Source: Cenococcum geophilum
Lineage: Eukaryota
Reading direction: 5' to 3'
DNA: 64,000 bases
NCBI GenBank assembly: GCA_050273025.1
Contig: CP158635.1
Location: 7,812,001-7,876,000, forward strand
The position numbers were made by a program, and so were the translations under genes. This document shows positions 49,440-63,455 of the stretch, piece after piece (positions within the stretch are counted from its first letter, which is position 1; each line of letters starts with the position of its first letter). The notes below the pieces were generated by a model. The model saw only the letters and a program-made list of their open reading frames with translations. It was not told the DNA's origin and searched no databases.

Positions 49440-49865
49440 TAGCATAGATAGGTAGGCATAAATAGGTAGATGCTAATAGGTAGGTAGATATAGATAGGTA
49501 GGTAAATATAGATAGGTAAGTAGATATAGATAGGCAGGTAGATGTAGATAGGTAAGTAAATATAGATAGGCAAGCAGATATAGATAGGTGGGTAGATACT
49601 AATGGGTAGGTAGATATAAATGGGTAGGTAGATGTAGACAAGTAGATATAGACAGGTAGGTAGATATAGATAGGTAAGTAAATACAGATAGGTAAGTAGA
49701 TATAGATAGGTAGGTAGATACTAATAGGTAGGTAAATATAGATAGGTAGATAGATATAAATAGGTAGGCAAATACAGATAGGTAGATGTAGATAGGTAGG
49801 CAATATAGACAGGTAGGTAGATATAGATAGGTAGGTAATATAGGCAGGTAGGTAAATTAATAGGT
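49440..49865 (+). repeat. ~18-bp tandem array GTAGATATAGATAGGTAG
   Basis: Direct inspection. It explains the LPIYIY ORF. Confidence 0.88.
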
Positions 49866-50101
49866 ACAGTAAATAGGTAAAAGAGAACTATCGCTATATT
49901 ATATTAAATTATCTAAAATAATAATATTTATTTTGCTAGCCTTATAAATAGCTTTAAAATAGCTTTTATTTATTTAAAATATATTATTAGTATAAAAGAG
50001 GTAAATATAATTATGGTTGCCAAATGCGCAGATTGCTAGCAGGTTGCGCGCAGGTTGCGCGTAGGCTGCGCGCAGGCTGCGTGTCAAAAAAACACGACAT
50101 A

Positions 50102-50870
50102 CAGTGGGGTGTCATAAGTGTCCGTGCCCAGACCCCACCAAATCTGATATTTTTCGCTGAATTACTATATAGCAACTGCAAAATTAATTCTATAGCTTTA
50201 AAATAGTTATTAGACTTATCGCTATATAAAATCTAGCTATTATAACTTTTTTTTAAAGTTATAAATCTTATAGTCCTTTGTTAAAAGCCCTTATATTTTA
50301 CCGATTTTTTACTCAACTTACTATATTTAGCATATATTTTCTACTACTAGATATTAAAAATATTTGTTAAAAATCTAATATTTTATAGATATTTGCCATT
50401 ACTAAAACTCTCTCTATTTAAATTTTTGTTTAAAAAATATAAGAAATTATTATAAGGTTATAAAGCCAAAAAATAGAAAAAAAGTGCAATTCTCTATACA
50501 AATTCCAATTTTTTAACTTTATAATCCTATAATAAACTTTTGTGCTTTTAAAATAATATTCTAAATAATACAAGTTATAATAATACTATATATTTATAAA
50601 ATAATAAATTTTTATCAAAAAAATATAATATCTAGTTATAGAAAATATATATTAAACATTATAGATCTTATTAGGGAACTAATAGGATTTCTAAAGGAAT
50701 TATCGGTTTAAATTTAAAAAAAAAAGTACTAATAGCTAGACTTAATATATAATATAAACCTTAGATAAGTTTTAATACTTTAGAATTAATTACGTAGTTG
50801 TTATATACAATTTAGTGGGGTGGATTACCTTAAAAATTCGCTTAGGACGGACACTTATGACACCCCACTG
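50102..50870. mobile_element. Tc1/mariner-type MITE (769 bp), relative of 4913-5680
   Basis: TIR CAGTGGGGTGTCATAAGTGTCCG, TA TSD, and a colinear AT-rich interior. Confidence 0.92.
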
Positions 50871-52120
50871 TAGGCTAGTTGGTCGAGTTGCCAAATGCCC
50901 TCAACTGCGCGCCAATTGCGTCAACCACCAACCATTGAGGCCATTAAAAGGGTACCATATTTTGCCGATGTAGGTGGCATATATAAATATATACTAACTT
51001 TAAACTTAATAGATTATAAGTTTAAATCCCACCAACGTCGTCCTTTATTAGGAATTAGGAAATATAATTATCTAGTATATTTCTTATCCTGCCGTATAAG
51101 AGATTCTTTAGCAATATTGCTACACTATAAGTAAATTCTCCTCTCTATATAATATACCTATATAACTAACTACTCTTAGGATAAGTAGGAGAGGGTAGAA
51201 GCTTTACTAGTAATTAATGTGGAGGCTTGGGTAAAGGGGTATTAGAGAAGTAGGTACGGATAGGGAGGCCCTTATATATAAATGCAATTCTAATTTAGAG
51301 CTATAGATCTCTAAATATAATTATAAGTAACCTATATTACTTATATAAGGTAGAAAGCTAATTAACGCTAGCCCTACAAGGCCTATATGGCGACTCCACG
51401 TCGTTTAGTAGGCCCTTACCCCTTTACTAAGTGTTAGAGTCTCCTAGGGTTCTATAGTGGGTGCTATAGAAATTATAAGTAGCGGGATTATAGGGCTTAA
51501 TATTTATTATATGATAAAAATTCTTAGCTTATAGTTGCGGCAGCGGGAGTATTAAAGGGTAAGGATTGGATCGTAGAACTAGAGGATAATAAGGAATAGA
51601 TAAAAGTTACTAAATTTAATCTCCTCTCTTTTTTACTACTTTATTTTATTTTATAGTATCTTATATATAGTATTTTATATAAGGAGAAGTATAAATAGAG
51701 AGTAGAAAGGAGATACCTAATTAGTAGGGAAGCTAAGGACGTTAGTAGATTACTCGCTTATTTGGTAGCGGATTAAAAAAAATCGATTAATATAATATAA
51801 TATGATATAATCTCGCGTATTATATTGATAAGGATCGTTTGGATTTTCCACTACCCTAAACGCCACGAAAATAAGGGTCTAGTTGGTGCGGCTTAACTAC
51901 CCTCCCTGCTACCGGGGGCGAGCTTGAAGTATTTTACGCTTTAATTACCTGCTGTAAATACCGCTAATTATGCTGCCGCTGAACCTGTCCTGTACTAAGT
52001 CAGTGCGAGCGTTAAAAGAAGGTAGCCCCGCAGCTAAGTGCATAGCAAAACCACTCTCCTTAGGCAGTAGTCTTAGCAGTAAGCTTTACCTAGAATAGTT
52101 AATAGTCGTAACAAAAATAC

Positions 52121-52835
52121 TATAAGGATTACCCCTCTCGCCTATACTCTTCCTTTTCTTTATAAGCAACCTACCTAACTTTTTTAAGAAAGGGGCAACT
52201 TAGGGAATAGGCTTTATTAATAATATAAACCTAATTATATACGGGCTAATAGCTATAGAGAATTGCAAAATACTAGAGAAAGCCTATAATACCTATATAA
52301 AATAGGCAAGATAATATAAAGTCTAATTCTCTCTAAAGAAATACCAGCTAATCCATTTTATAAGAAAACGTAGTTAATCTGCAGATTTTTAGTATATAAT
52401 TTATATCTAAGGCTTTAGGGGTTAACCAGTTTAAGGCCTAAGGGTATTAGAAGTATAGGTAGATAGTAAGCTTTAGTAGAGCGTATATATGTTATAAGTG
52501 GCCTATAAGGGCTAAGCTTAGTATCTTATAATATCTAGGATTATTAATTTTATATAAGGTCTATACTTTTAGAGGTTACGCCTACTATATATAGTAGTTG
52601 TCTGGCCAACTATAACATATAGATCCAGTATTTGGGCAATAGGAGAATCTAAAAAAGCCCCCCTAAATCACTTCTTAAACTACTCTAAACGGTCTAAATA
52701 GCTTACCTTTAGAGTATAATAGGCGGGTATAAGCGAACGGCTATAGTACTGCTTAAGAAGGAAGCTAATATCCCCCCCTATAATTATATATTAAAGCCAC
52801 TATAATATAAAGGGTGTAAAAGGAGCGCAACTCTA
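52121..52835 (+). mobile_element. Internal RT fragment of the same LINE family as 28940-32483
   Basis: Aligns with ~30750-31465. Confidence 0.88.
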
Positions 52836-55800
52836 TATAACGGGACTAGCCTAGTTATAGTAGGAATGTCTTAGTAAAATACTCGACAGATAAATTCTAA
52901 CGCTTTAACTAAATTCTGCCGAATTTTACTAGCTTAATTAACTTCTACTAAGTTCTGCTAGATTAATTAAATTCTACTAAAGTCTATTAAAGACCGCGTG
53001 CGTATATACGCACGTATTAACTACTAAGCCCCTAACTATTTAATTATATAATTCTCTTATTATTCCTTTCTCTTCTTTACGTAACGTCTTATACTCTATA
53101 AGAGCTATATACCCTTAAATTTAAATTTAAATTATATTATTCCTTTAAATATAAGGTAAAGATGTGGATAGGGAGTCCAATAATAGAATAATAGGTATAT
53201 TATATAGATAGAGACGAATCCTTAAGGGAAAAGGAGGAGTCTGTATGCGAGGTAGGAAGGGTTTTCCCTAGGTATATATAGCGCACGTGCCTTACGGGCG
53301 AGTCACCCCTAGGTTACCCTAGGGTCGCCCATACCTTACGGCTATATAATTATTTTATTATTTCTATTTAACGTCTGATGCGGTCCCTATCTAGGTCCAT
53401 GCAGACTATGCCGTAATGTCGATACAAAAAACCTCCAAGGGATACGTGAGTGGTAATACAGCGTGTACCCCTCCAGGTATCACGCCCGTACTACGTCAAC
53501 GGGAGGAAAAATACCGTTAGGTCTCCGCTCTGAGACTCCTATATAGCCCGTATGGCCCATATAGGAGTGTCTAATTGCCTATATTGCCCTAATTGCCATT
53601 CGTACCATGCTTCCGTGTAGTTATAGGTTGCTATAGATTGTCTCGTATGCCTGCCCTTGCTCCTTCTTACTGCCCTGTACGTGTATCTCGCCTATAGTCC
53701 TCCTACTCCTTCTACCGCCCATCCTTAGTGTCCCTTATTCCTTTCTATCTTCCTACTCTAGGCCTCTACCCCACCTAGTGGCTTCGTCCCTGGTTAAATG
53801 GGTTACATACCTTCTACGGTTAAGGTCCAAAGATCGCTGGGTGGATTAAGGTGTAAAGGGGTAGAGGCGGGTGGCGAGAGGCTTAGGCCTTCTGCCTGCG
53901 AGGTACGGTTTAGCTGCGTGTAGGTGCTATACGGTATATATTATACCGTATAAGAGGAAGAGGGTCGCGCCGCTGTAGGTAGATAATGCTGTAATTCGAA
54001 TATATAGAGTATACGAAAGACGTAGTAGTAGCTATGTCGAGTTCTCGTTAGGGCTCACCCTCCTAGTGAAAAATTTTCACGATACCACCACCACATCGCT
54101 GCGCCCGCGCTGCGCCGCCGTACACACGTCTCTGCGTTTGCTCTGGCAAGTCTATCAGCACGATCCTAATGGAACGCCGATAGCTGCATGCCAGGTTCCC
54201 GGGCTCCACCGCGTGGAGGTGCAGAGGCCGATTTTCATGGAGCCCCGGCTATATAATTATCTACTTAGGTTTTACCTAATAATGCCCCCCTATTTAAAAA
54301 GGGTCGTCACTAATCCTTTATATACTTAAGCCTCGATAAAACCCTATAAAAAACCTTAGTAAGGAAAAAATTTAGAGGGGAAAGAGCGTTTTAATTTTGC
54401 GTATAGAGAGACGGGTAGTATATATACGCGGCGTAAAGATGTTAAGGAACTTTGACCGGCGGTTAAAATTGTTTAATTAGTTAGATTTACCTTACTAAGA
54501 CTCCCCCGCATTTAACCGAGCTAGTAGCGATTTTATATACCTGGTATAGAAAATCCTAATTAGTTTATTTAATAGGTAGAGCTAATAGAGCTTAATATTA
54601 TTGCCTAAATTTAGTAGACTAGAAATATTCTAAAAGCTCGCTTATATAGGTAGGTCGCTAGTACCTTACGGGTCGGTTATAGGTTATTTATATACAGCTA
54701 GATTTATAGATAGTAAGGCTATATACTTATTAAACCTACTACTAACCCTACTTTCGCCTTACGCTATACTAGTGTAGTGGTATATATACTTCGCGGGTAG
54801 GTTATAGGTTACTTATATATAGCCAGGTTTAGGACAGTAAGGCTATATACCCGTTAAATCCGCCGCTAACCTATACTTTAGCCTTATGCGTTATCTGTAT
54901 AGTATATACGTGGAATAGTATAAGTTATTAGTATAGGTTACTACTAGCGGGTTACTAGTAGGTTATGGACCCTAGTTAAATAAACTCCAGTTATAAATAG
55001 GCCTATTCTCTAATATATAAGCAATCTGCTTAGCTAGTATAGAGTAATAAACGAGGTTTAGAAAGGGTGCTTTTTAAATTAAGCTTCGTTGCTAGTATAC
55101 GCTATAGCCTTACCTATAAGTCACCAGCATCGTTAGGTTGCGTTAGAGTATGGCTTATATAGGATATTAATAAATTAAAACTTTACCCTATATATACGCC
55201 GCAGTTCTTATAGCAATCATTACTTGTTCTTTAATCCCTTAGGGCGTCCTCTACTCCGCTTTAATATAGGTTATATTTTAATAGCGGCGCTTACTTTTCG
55301 CCTGCGCTTCGGCTATAAGGCTAGGGTATTTTACTTATGGTACTTATCTAGCAGTTATTAACAATTCTTAAATTCTATCTTATATTTCTATTTATTATAT
55401 TTATTTAGCCATCTTAGCTATTTAATAAGGTATTACGGTTGTCTAGCACAATCCTAGTAGGCGACGACTACTTTTACTTCCTAGCTGCCTTTCTTAAGCT
55501 CTTTTACTACCGGGGGTTAAAACCTAAGGCGTGACCTATAAGGCTTTAGTAGGGAGACATAAAAGACTAGGTGGAGCCGTACTATAGTAGGTAGAAGCTC
55601 TAGCTTATATACTTACTGCCCTACGCGCTTTAGGATCTAAAACGGTCCTATAAACTTATAGTTAAGCTTTTTATAGGAACGTTTTGTGTGGATATTCTTA
55701 GAGGAGAGCAGGACTCGTTTACTAACGGCGAAATGCTTGGCCAGATGGTGACGATTATAGTATTTTACCTAAAGCTGTTAGGCGTGTATTATTAACGCCG

Positions 55801-58800
55801 CCGCTGCCTTATATATAAGGCGTAGGCGTTATAGATATATCTCTATAAGTTTAACATTTATTAACTTAGATTTCTCCCTACCTTACTAGGCGTCTTAGAC
55901 GCCGTTTAAGACTCTATCTAGGACATTTAGTAGCTAGCCATAGGCAAGCTTAATAGGGGAACGCTTTATTATAGTATAGACTTTAAAGTTATAGGCAAAG
56001 GCTGCTTTTTTAAGTAGGGAGGCCTAATTAGACTGTTCCCAGTTTATAAATATATGTAGGTATACCTTAAGCTCCTAGTTCTAACGCTCTATCTAACTAT
56101 TTATTTATAGGTAGAATGCGGTATTAAGTTTACGTTAAACGCGGAGGTAGTAATATATAATACTCTAGTACTCGCTTATAAATATACTACCCCTATTAGA
56201 GACGATATTATCTAGAGGCCTTATTTACATAAAGACTCTAAATAAGAGTTCTACGAGTTGCGTAGCATTAATTATCTTACGCACTAGATAGTAGCGTACT
56301 AGCTTTATAAAATGGTCTATAAGAATAAGGACGGAGTTATACTCTACGCTATTAGGAGTCTTAAACTCTAGAAGATCCGTAATAAAGTTAAGTAAATAAT
56401 ACCGCTAGGCTTGGGTGGGGACCTAAAGAGGCTGCAGCTTACTATAGGGTTTATAGCGGCGCGATTTAGAGCGTTAGTAGGCATTATAGTTATCTAGGTA
56501 TTTGTAGAGGTCCTAGGTAAGGCCGTTCTAAGTATACTTCTACGCGATTACCTTAAAAGTACGGTTAAAACTATAGTGGCCGCCTATAGGATTGTTATAA
56601 TTCCGCTTAAGGATCTCCTATTATAGTAGTGTATAATTTAGCACCTAGACCTTATTATTTTGCCTTAAGAGTCCTTAATTATTAAGGGTATAGTCCTTAT
56701 TACTAGCAGGAACTTATTTTTAGGTTAACTAATCGTATATAGAGTATATAAAGGCGTCCCTTTTTTATACTCTATAAATAAAATTAACTAGTAACTTAGG
56801 GGGGTGTTCCGTAAACGCCGTTTTGGCTAAGGCAGCCACTACTACCTTTTACTATAGCACGAGACTCTGCGTAAAGTTAGTGCTAGCGAAGTAATATATA
56901 ATGCGTAGGTAACTTACTAAGTTATTATAGGGGACCGTAGCCTAGGCTAAGGGGTCTTCCCTAGGGTTAAGCGCTATTAGGCCGGTTAAAGTAGTCTTAA
57001 AGAGAATGGTAGGACGCTTTAGTCCGCCAGCGCTAAGTTTATAAGGGTTACTTATATACTACACGTATACTATTTACTAGTTTAGTATAGTAGCACCAGG
57101 GCCGCCTATAAGGTCTATAACCTATAACTTTTACTATAATGTAGGCAATATAGCATTAAGGATTATTCTCTTACTGCTATCTTTAAAGCCTTTAGTATAA
57201 TCTAGGCGCTAGGATAGTATATTAGCAGGATTTGCTTTACCTAGCTTATATTTAATCTTAAAATTAAACTTAGCTAGTTTCTTAGCGTACTAGGCCTAGC
57301 GAGCAGATAAGCTCTTAGTGGTTATAAAGTACCTAAGATTATTATAATTATAGAGTATACGCGTTATATACATAGTGTATTTAAGATAGTAGCGCTATAT
57401 CTTAAAGTATTATACTATAGCGAGTAGTTCTTTATTATATGTATTATACCGTACTTCTAGGCTAGTAAGCTTCTAACTATAATAAGCGATTAGGTACTAG
57501 TAGAGTTAATCTCTCTACCCTAAAGGCTATAGAAGTATACCGCTATAGGCATAGTTAGAAGCGTTAGTAATTACTATTAGGGGTAGATTAGGGTTAAAGT
57601 GGCGAAGTAGAGGAGCCTATATAAATATAGCGCGTAGCTTACGGAACGCCTATTGCGCGTTATTAGGCTAGGACTAAGGTTAATACCATTTAATAGGCCC
57701 TTTTAACTTATGCTTCTTCTTCTTCTCCCTATCTAACGTTAGGTTGCGATGTGCCTATATAAGATATATATATAGGGGTTATACAGTATCTAAGTAGTTC
57801 TAGATAAATCGCCTATAAAAGTTAGCAAAGCTAAGGGAGACCTAAATGTCCCTATAGGACTTAGGCTTAAGCCATTCCTTAATAGCTTTTACGCGGTTAG
57901 GGTCTATTATAATACCCCTAGAGGTAATAATAAAGCCTAGGAACTTAACGTTCTTAATATAAAAGATATATTTTAATAGTTTAGCGTATAGGCCCTAAGC
58001 GCGGAGCTGTTATAGTACCTACTTAACGTGCTTAACGTGCTTGTCCTTATTATTTAAGTAAATAAGAATATTATCTAGGTAAACTATATAGATAGTATCT
58101 ACTAGAGTTCCTAGAGCTTTATAAATATAGCTTTAAAAAGTTATAAGGGCGTTAGTAAGACTAAAGGGTATTACTAGGCACTTAAAGTAACTATAGCGTG
58201 TCTTAAATACGGTCTTCTATTTATCTCCCTTTTTAATACAAATCCTATAGTACGCATTATAAAGATCTAGCTTTGTAAATATTTTTATATAGCTAAGCCT
58301 ATTAAAGAGTTCGCTAACTAGCGGTAGGGGGTACTAATTTTTAATCGTGATCTTATTTAGGCGTCTATAGTTAACATATAGCTATAATATACCGTCTACT
58401 TTCGGCACCAAGAGAATAGGCGCTCTAGTAAGTAACTTACTAGGCCTAATCTAGCCCCTTTTAAAAGCACTGTCTAGGTACTCTTATAAGATCTATAACT
58501 CTTTCTATAAGAGGTTATAGAGGGGTATTTACGGTAGCGTTCTGCCTTCTTTTAAGTCGATTATATGGTTGTACTTAGAGTTCTACAGTAGTATACTTAC
58601 TAGCTTATTAGAGAAGACATTAATTTCCTCCTTATATATATCTAGTAGGCTAGGGGCCATAGAGGTTAAAGTAACTATTATATAGTAGTGTGCTTTTAGG
58701 AGCTAGTGGAGAAAAGGGTATAGCCAATATATATTTTACAGATGTGCTTATACTAAGAATGCATACAGCTCTGCTATAGTATACTTAATAGTTTTAGGTT

Positions 58801-59932
58801 TTTGATTACCTTCCCCTTAATTATAGGTAATCTACGTCGGCACCGGAGGGTCTCTACGGGTACTCGCTGCTAGTGACAGCAGGTCCTCTACTATATTTAT
58901 AACCGGTATCTCTATATCTTAAGGGTCTGTATAGGTACTTACTGCCAGTAATAATAGGTTCTCTATTATGTTTATAACCGGCGTAGAGAAGGAGTCTTCT
59001 GGCTATAGCAAATAGACTATTTTACTAGCCTTAATGTCCGCTAGGAGAGCATTAAGGGTGACTATTTAGAGGCGTCTAGGGTCCGAAGTACCCTAGATAA
59101 ACTGTCTAGAATAGAAGCTAATTAATAGATCTACTTCCGCGAGCCAATCCTATCTAAAAACTATATTATAACTATTAAATAAGCCGCCCTAAAAGGTCTG
59201 CGGGCTAATAGTGCGAGAGGTACCCTAGGAGTCGCTAGTAGTAACCGTTAAATTATAAGCATCCTAGATTATTATCTGGTTACTATTAAGGAAATATATA
59301 ATAGGTTTATATAAACATAGCGCGTAGTATATAGGCAGGTTAAACCTATACACGACGTCTTAATTAATAAGGTTAATTTAGTACCTATTATTATATAAAG
59401 TATATAGGCGGACTTTACCCTAGGGCGTATCTATTATAATATATACTATACTACGTTTCTTTTTTCCCTCTATATTAGGCCCTAGTTGCAGTTAAGAGAA
59501 ATACGCTACTAGGGCTTTAGGTTTTCTAAAGGCCAAGCGAACTTCTCTTTATTAGCCTACTTCTAGTATTCCTTATAGTAACCACTTACGGTCCTTTAAC
59601 TCGCCTATGTAGTACTAGCGTCTGGGGGGTCCCCTAAGCTATCTAGCTTTTAGGTGGTCTCCCTAGGAGTTTACTTAGAAAAGCATCGCCCTTTTTAGGT
59701 TCTGTTCCCTAAGCCTAACTCTATAAAGCCTATACTACGACCGCGCTTCATACGCGATAATTTGCCGCTGCTACTTACGCGATCTTCCGCGAGCTTTATA
59801 GTATTAAGCAGTTACTCTATATAGTGGATTTCGTTAAAGAGGTCTTTAGTGGTTTTTACCTATTAGGCGAAGTTCTGGCGGAAGAGCTCTGCTTATAGGT
59901 AGGCTGGGAGATATAAAAACCAAAAGTCTATC

Positions 59933-60305
59933 TTTTTTTTTATTTTTTTTTTTTATATCCATTGTATTGTACTACGTACAATACTGCGCATGCAGCCTCT
60001 GGGCTATGGCGCTATAGTTCTATATACATGAATCCTTTCTAGGCAGCTTAACATATACTAGTAGCTATGTCCTAGTAGTTTATAAACCTCTAGACTAGAG
60101 GTTTACCGCTCCCTAGTAAAATACTAGGTTACGACAACTATTAGGTAGTATTAAAACAGTAGAAAAACGGTAAAAGAAACGGTAAACGAATCCTAACGCC
60201 TGCCCCTGTACATTTTATAGTTTATTTCTGTCCTTTTGCTCACTACTGTCTATTTACTAGAAGTCTAGTAGGAGTTACCTCCTTCTAAAGCTTCTGCTTC
60301 CATTA
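59933..60305 (-). mobile_element. 5'-truncated poly(A)-tailed LINE fragment in Gypsy gag
   Basis: Poly-T run from 59933. 12-bp TSD CAAAAGTCTATC at 59921-59932 and 60306-60317. Confidence 0.85.
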
Positions 60306-60456
60306 CAAAAGTCTATCTATTATTTAGGCTTAATAAAAGGGGTATATAAGAAGAGGTCCTCTAAGCTATATATACAGGCTAAGAAGACGTTAAACCTTTA
60401 GTTCTTCTTTATAACAGCTATATAGTACATTATAGCGTTATTAAAGCGTCTTACTA

Positions 60457-60882
60457 ACGTGATCCACAAGCTAGTGGCCCAGTATAAGCGAGTGGCCTAC
60501 TTTAAAACTCCACCAAAAAAACCAAAGATCGTTCTTTAATATCTTAACAACCGCTTAATAATAAATTATAAAAATTTAAAATTAGACTCTTTTACCTATT
60601 TTAAGACCCCTATTAAAGTTTTAAAGTAATTTAATAAGTGGTTTTTAAGATATAATAATTAGGCTTAAATTTAAAAGCTAAATCTTAATATAGTAATAAT
60701 AGCTAAACTAATTACTCTAAAACTTTAATAGAGGTTTTTAAATAAGTATAAAAGTCTAATTATAAATTTTAATATTTATTATTAAGCCGTTGTTAAGATA
60801 TTAAAGAACGATTTTTGGGTTTTTTGGTGAGTTTTTGGGGGAGGCCACTCGCTTATGTGGGCCACTAGCTTGTAGATCACGT
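60457..60882. mobile_element. Fold-back MITE with ACGT termini, relative of 45861-46661
   Basis: ACGTGATCCACAAGCTAGTGGCCC ... GGGCCACTAGCTTGTAGATCACGT, TA TSD and a palindromic body. Confidence 0.9.
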
Positions 60883-61499
60883 TATAACTTATACTTTTTA
60901 CTAGAAAGGCAACGGGAGGGCTTTATTAAATTAATAATGCTCTATAAGTTAGCTATTTTCTTAGCCAGCTTATCTAGCTCCTTTATATTAGTGATATTAG
61001 GTAGGATGTTAGTAACCTTGCTAAGCTCTTATTAAGCCTAGGTATATAAGTTAAACTAGTCTTTAGCGTTTATAGATGTCTAATTATTTTAAGGTTTAGA
61101 AGGTAGCTTAGATACAACTAGTATACTTCTAGCGGTTTCGTTTACACTAGATCCTAAGGCGTTCTGCGGTTGTATTACTAGCGTATTACCGTCGGGTATA
61201 GGCGTCGGTTTTCTTTTCAGAGGCATTATAGAAAAATTAAGCCGGCTATCCTCCTAAGGGGATTAGTAAGGATTTAAATGTAAGGTAAGGATGTGGATAG
61301 GGAATCTAATAATAGAATAATAGGTATATTATATAGACAGAGACAAATCCTTAAGGGAAAAGGAGGAGTTTGTGTGTAAGGTAGGAAGGGTTTTCCCTAG
61401 GTATATATAGCGCACATACCTTACGGGCGAGTCATCCCTAGGTTACCCTAGGGTCGCCCGTACCTTGCGGCTATATAACTATCTACTTAGGTTTTACCT

Positions 61500-63455
61500 A
61501 ATATTAAATCCCCTCTAAAGCCTCTTTGCGCCCTTATATTACGTTATATCTAAATAACTACTATTAAAATAGTAAACGAACCTAATAACTATGAGTGTTA
61601 TATCCCTAGTTAGGGAATAGTTAACTATAATATAATAGTCCTTTATAGATACCTTAGCTTAGCAGCGGGCTGTACTAAAAGCTTAGTATTAGTAATTAAT
61701 AGAAGTACTCCGCGAAGAACTCTGTAATGTTAAGGCACTTATAATAGAGACCCTAATAGTAATACCCCTAAATAAGATTAAAATAACTATATTTAAACCT
61801 AGCCCGTTAAATACAAATACTAAACTAGTAATAGTAGCTTAACCTATATATGTAATAAACCCAGTACCTATTATAAAAATCTAAAAAGCTCCCTAATCCT
61901 CTAATATTTAATAGAAATTAAAATAACTTACGTCCCTTTATAACTAAGCTCCGTCTTAAACTTTTAACAAACTATAATTAATACCCTACTAAAGCTAGTA
62001 AGGTTAGCTATGGAATATATTATTTAAGTAAAGGCGCTATATAAACTATAGATCCATTCTTTTATAATAGCACCTTTATTAATTTTAAAATCTTTATCTC
62101 TCTACTAGAATAAACGTATAATAACGCTAGCTATAGGTATATAGCTGTTACTAAACTTAAAATTTTATAATAACGGAACTGAGACTTTACTAGCTTTTTT
62201 TTCGGAATTTTTAGGCCTTATTAGCGAGTTAGATTAGAATAAAGTTACTAAAGTTACTACCCTTTAATAAGCTATTTTAGATAAAATTAAAGCCTAGTTA
62301 GTAGGTAGAAAATTACTAAAAGATCTATCCAAATTTACTATAATATGTTAATAAATTAATAAGGACCTTTAATATAATAAATAAACCCGTTTTCTAAAGC
62401 TAACTATAGCTTATGTTTAACACTCTATAAAACTAGTATATACCCTAAATCGCGATCTATCTCTAAGACCTAAAAGCCCTATATATAACCCTATAGACCT
62501 TAATACTATCTAATTCTATATACCCTTAGGAACTAATAAATAAAGAACTTAAGCCGTAAATAGAGAATGCTTTAAATGCGGTAGAGGGGGATATATTTAG
62601 AGAAATTATTAAACTTACCCTTTTAAAAAGGTCTGCTATAGTTCCTTCTAATTATTAAATTATACCCGTTCTATAAATTATACTTAGTTGTTATAAAGTA
62701 TCTTACCTTTAGTTAACTTGGAAAACAAATTATCCTAAGGCTAAGTTGCACCTTAAGATAAAAAGTAGAAGAGTATAAGTATTTAGGCTCTTCTAGCGCT
62801 AATATATAATATAACTCCCTTAATATACTTAGCGAAATTTAAATACTTAGAAAATAGAAGAAGGTATAAATTCTAATAGATAGCGGGGCTACTAGTATAG
62901 GCTTTATTAATATAAACTACGCAAAAACCTAATACCTAAAATTAAAGAAACTTAATAAGCCCTAAGGCCTATAAGGCTTTAACGATAAACCCTTAATATA
63001 TAGTGAACTAATATACTACGCTTTTATATAATTATGGATAGGCAAATACCTTAAATACGTTTCCCTATTTATAATGCCCCTAAAGCATTATAAAGTAATA
63101 CTTAGATATAGATAGCTAAAATAACATAACCCTTTACTTAGCTAGGTTAAAGAAATACTAATGTTCTATATAACCTACTACTAAAGCTATTATTTAAAAT
63201 ACTACCTACACTATAAATATATATAAGATTATTCAAACTTAATATAATATAAACTACCCCTACTATAGACTCTAAACTAAAATAATAAAGCTATAACTGC
63301 TAATTGTAGTAAAGAATATAAAGATATTATACCGAAACCTCTTAAAATTTATATAATATATCCTGTACCTTTTATTTTATTAGTAAGAAAATAAGACTAT
63401 AAAATCTTTACTATAATAATAGAATATATTAAGAAAGCGCTAGAACTAAAGTAAT
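61500..63455 (+). mobile_element. Gypsy gag-protease relic (plus strand), cut by another LTR element
   Basis: KLPNPLIF...LRPFITKLRLKL (~61885), Zn knuckle CFKCGRG.. (~62568), protease LIDSGAT (~62875). Confidence 0.8.

Larger units (their letters stand above)
53150..61477 (-). mobile_element. Ty3/Gypsy chromovirus (minus strand) between 199-bp direct repeats 53150-53348 and 61279-61477
   Basis: Minus-strand gag start MPLKRKP (61226), protease (~59380), RT VYLDNIL (~58075), RNase H ITNASNY (~57560), integrase (~56080-56400) and chromodomain (~55300-55430). No TSD confirmed, so ownership of the LTRs is uncertain. Confidence 0.75.

Noticed and set aside
52836..53110. Segment resembling the reverse complement of solo LTR 45879-46238
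   Set aside because: Similarity is patchy and the ends and TSD could not be defined by eye.
54060..54330. CTAG next to hairpin GTGAAAAATTTTCAC and an 87-aa ORF, a possible Helitron end
   Set aside because: Hairpin spacing is atypical, and neither a 5' TC end nor a Rep/helicase relic was identified.
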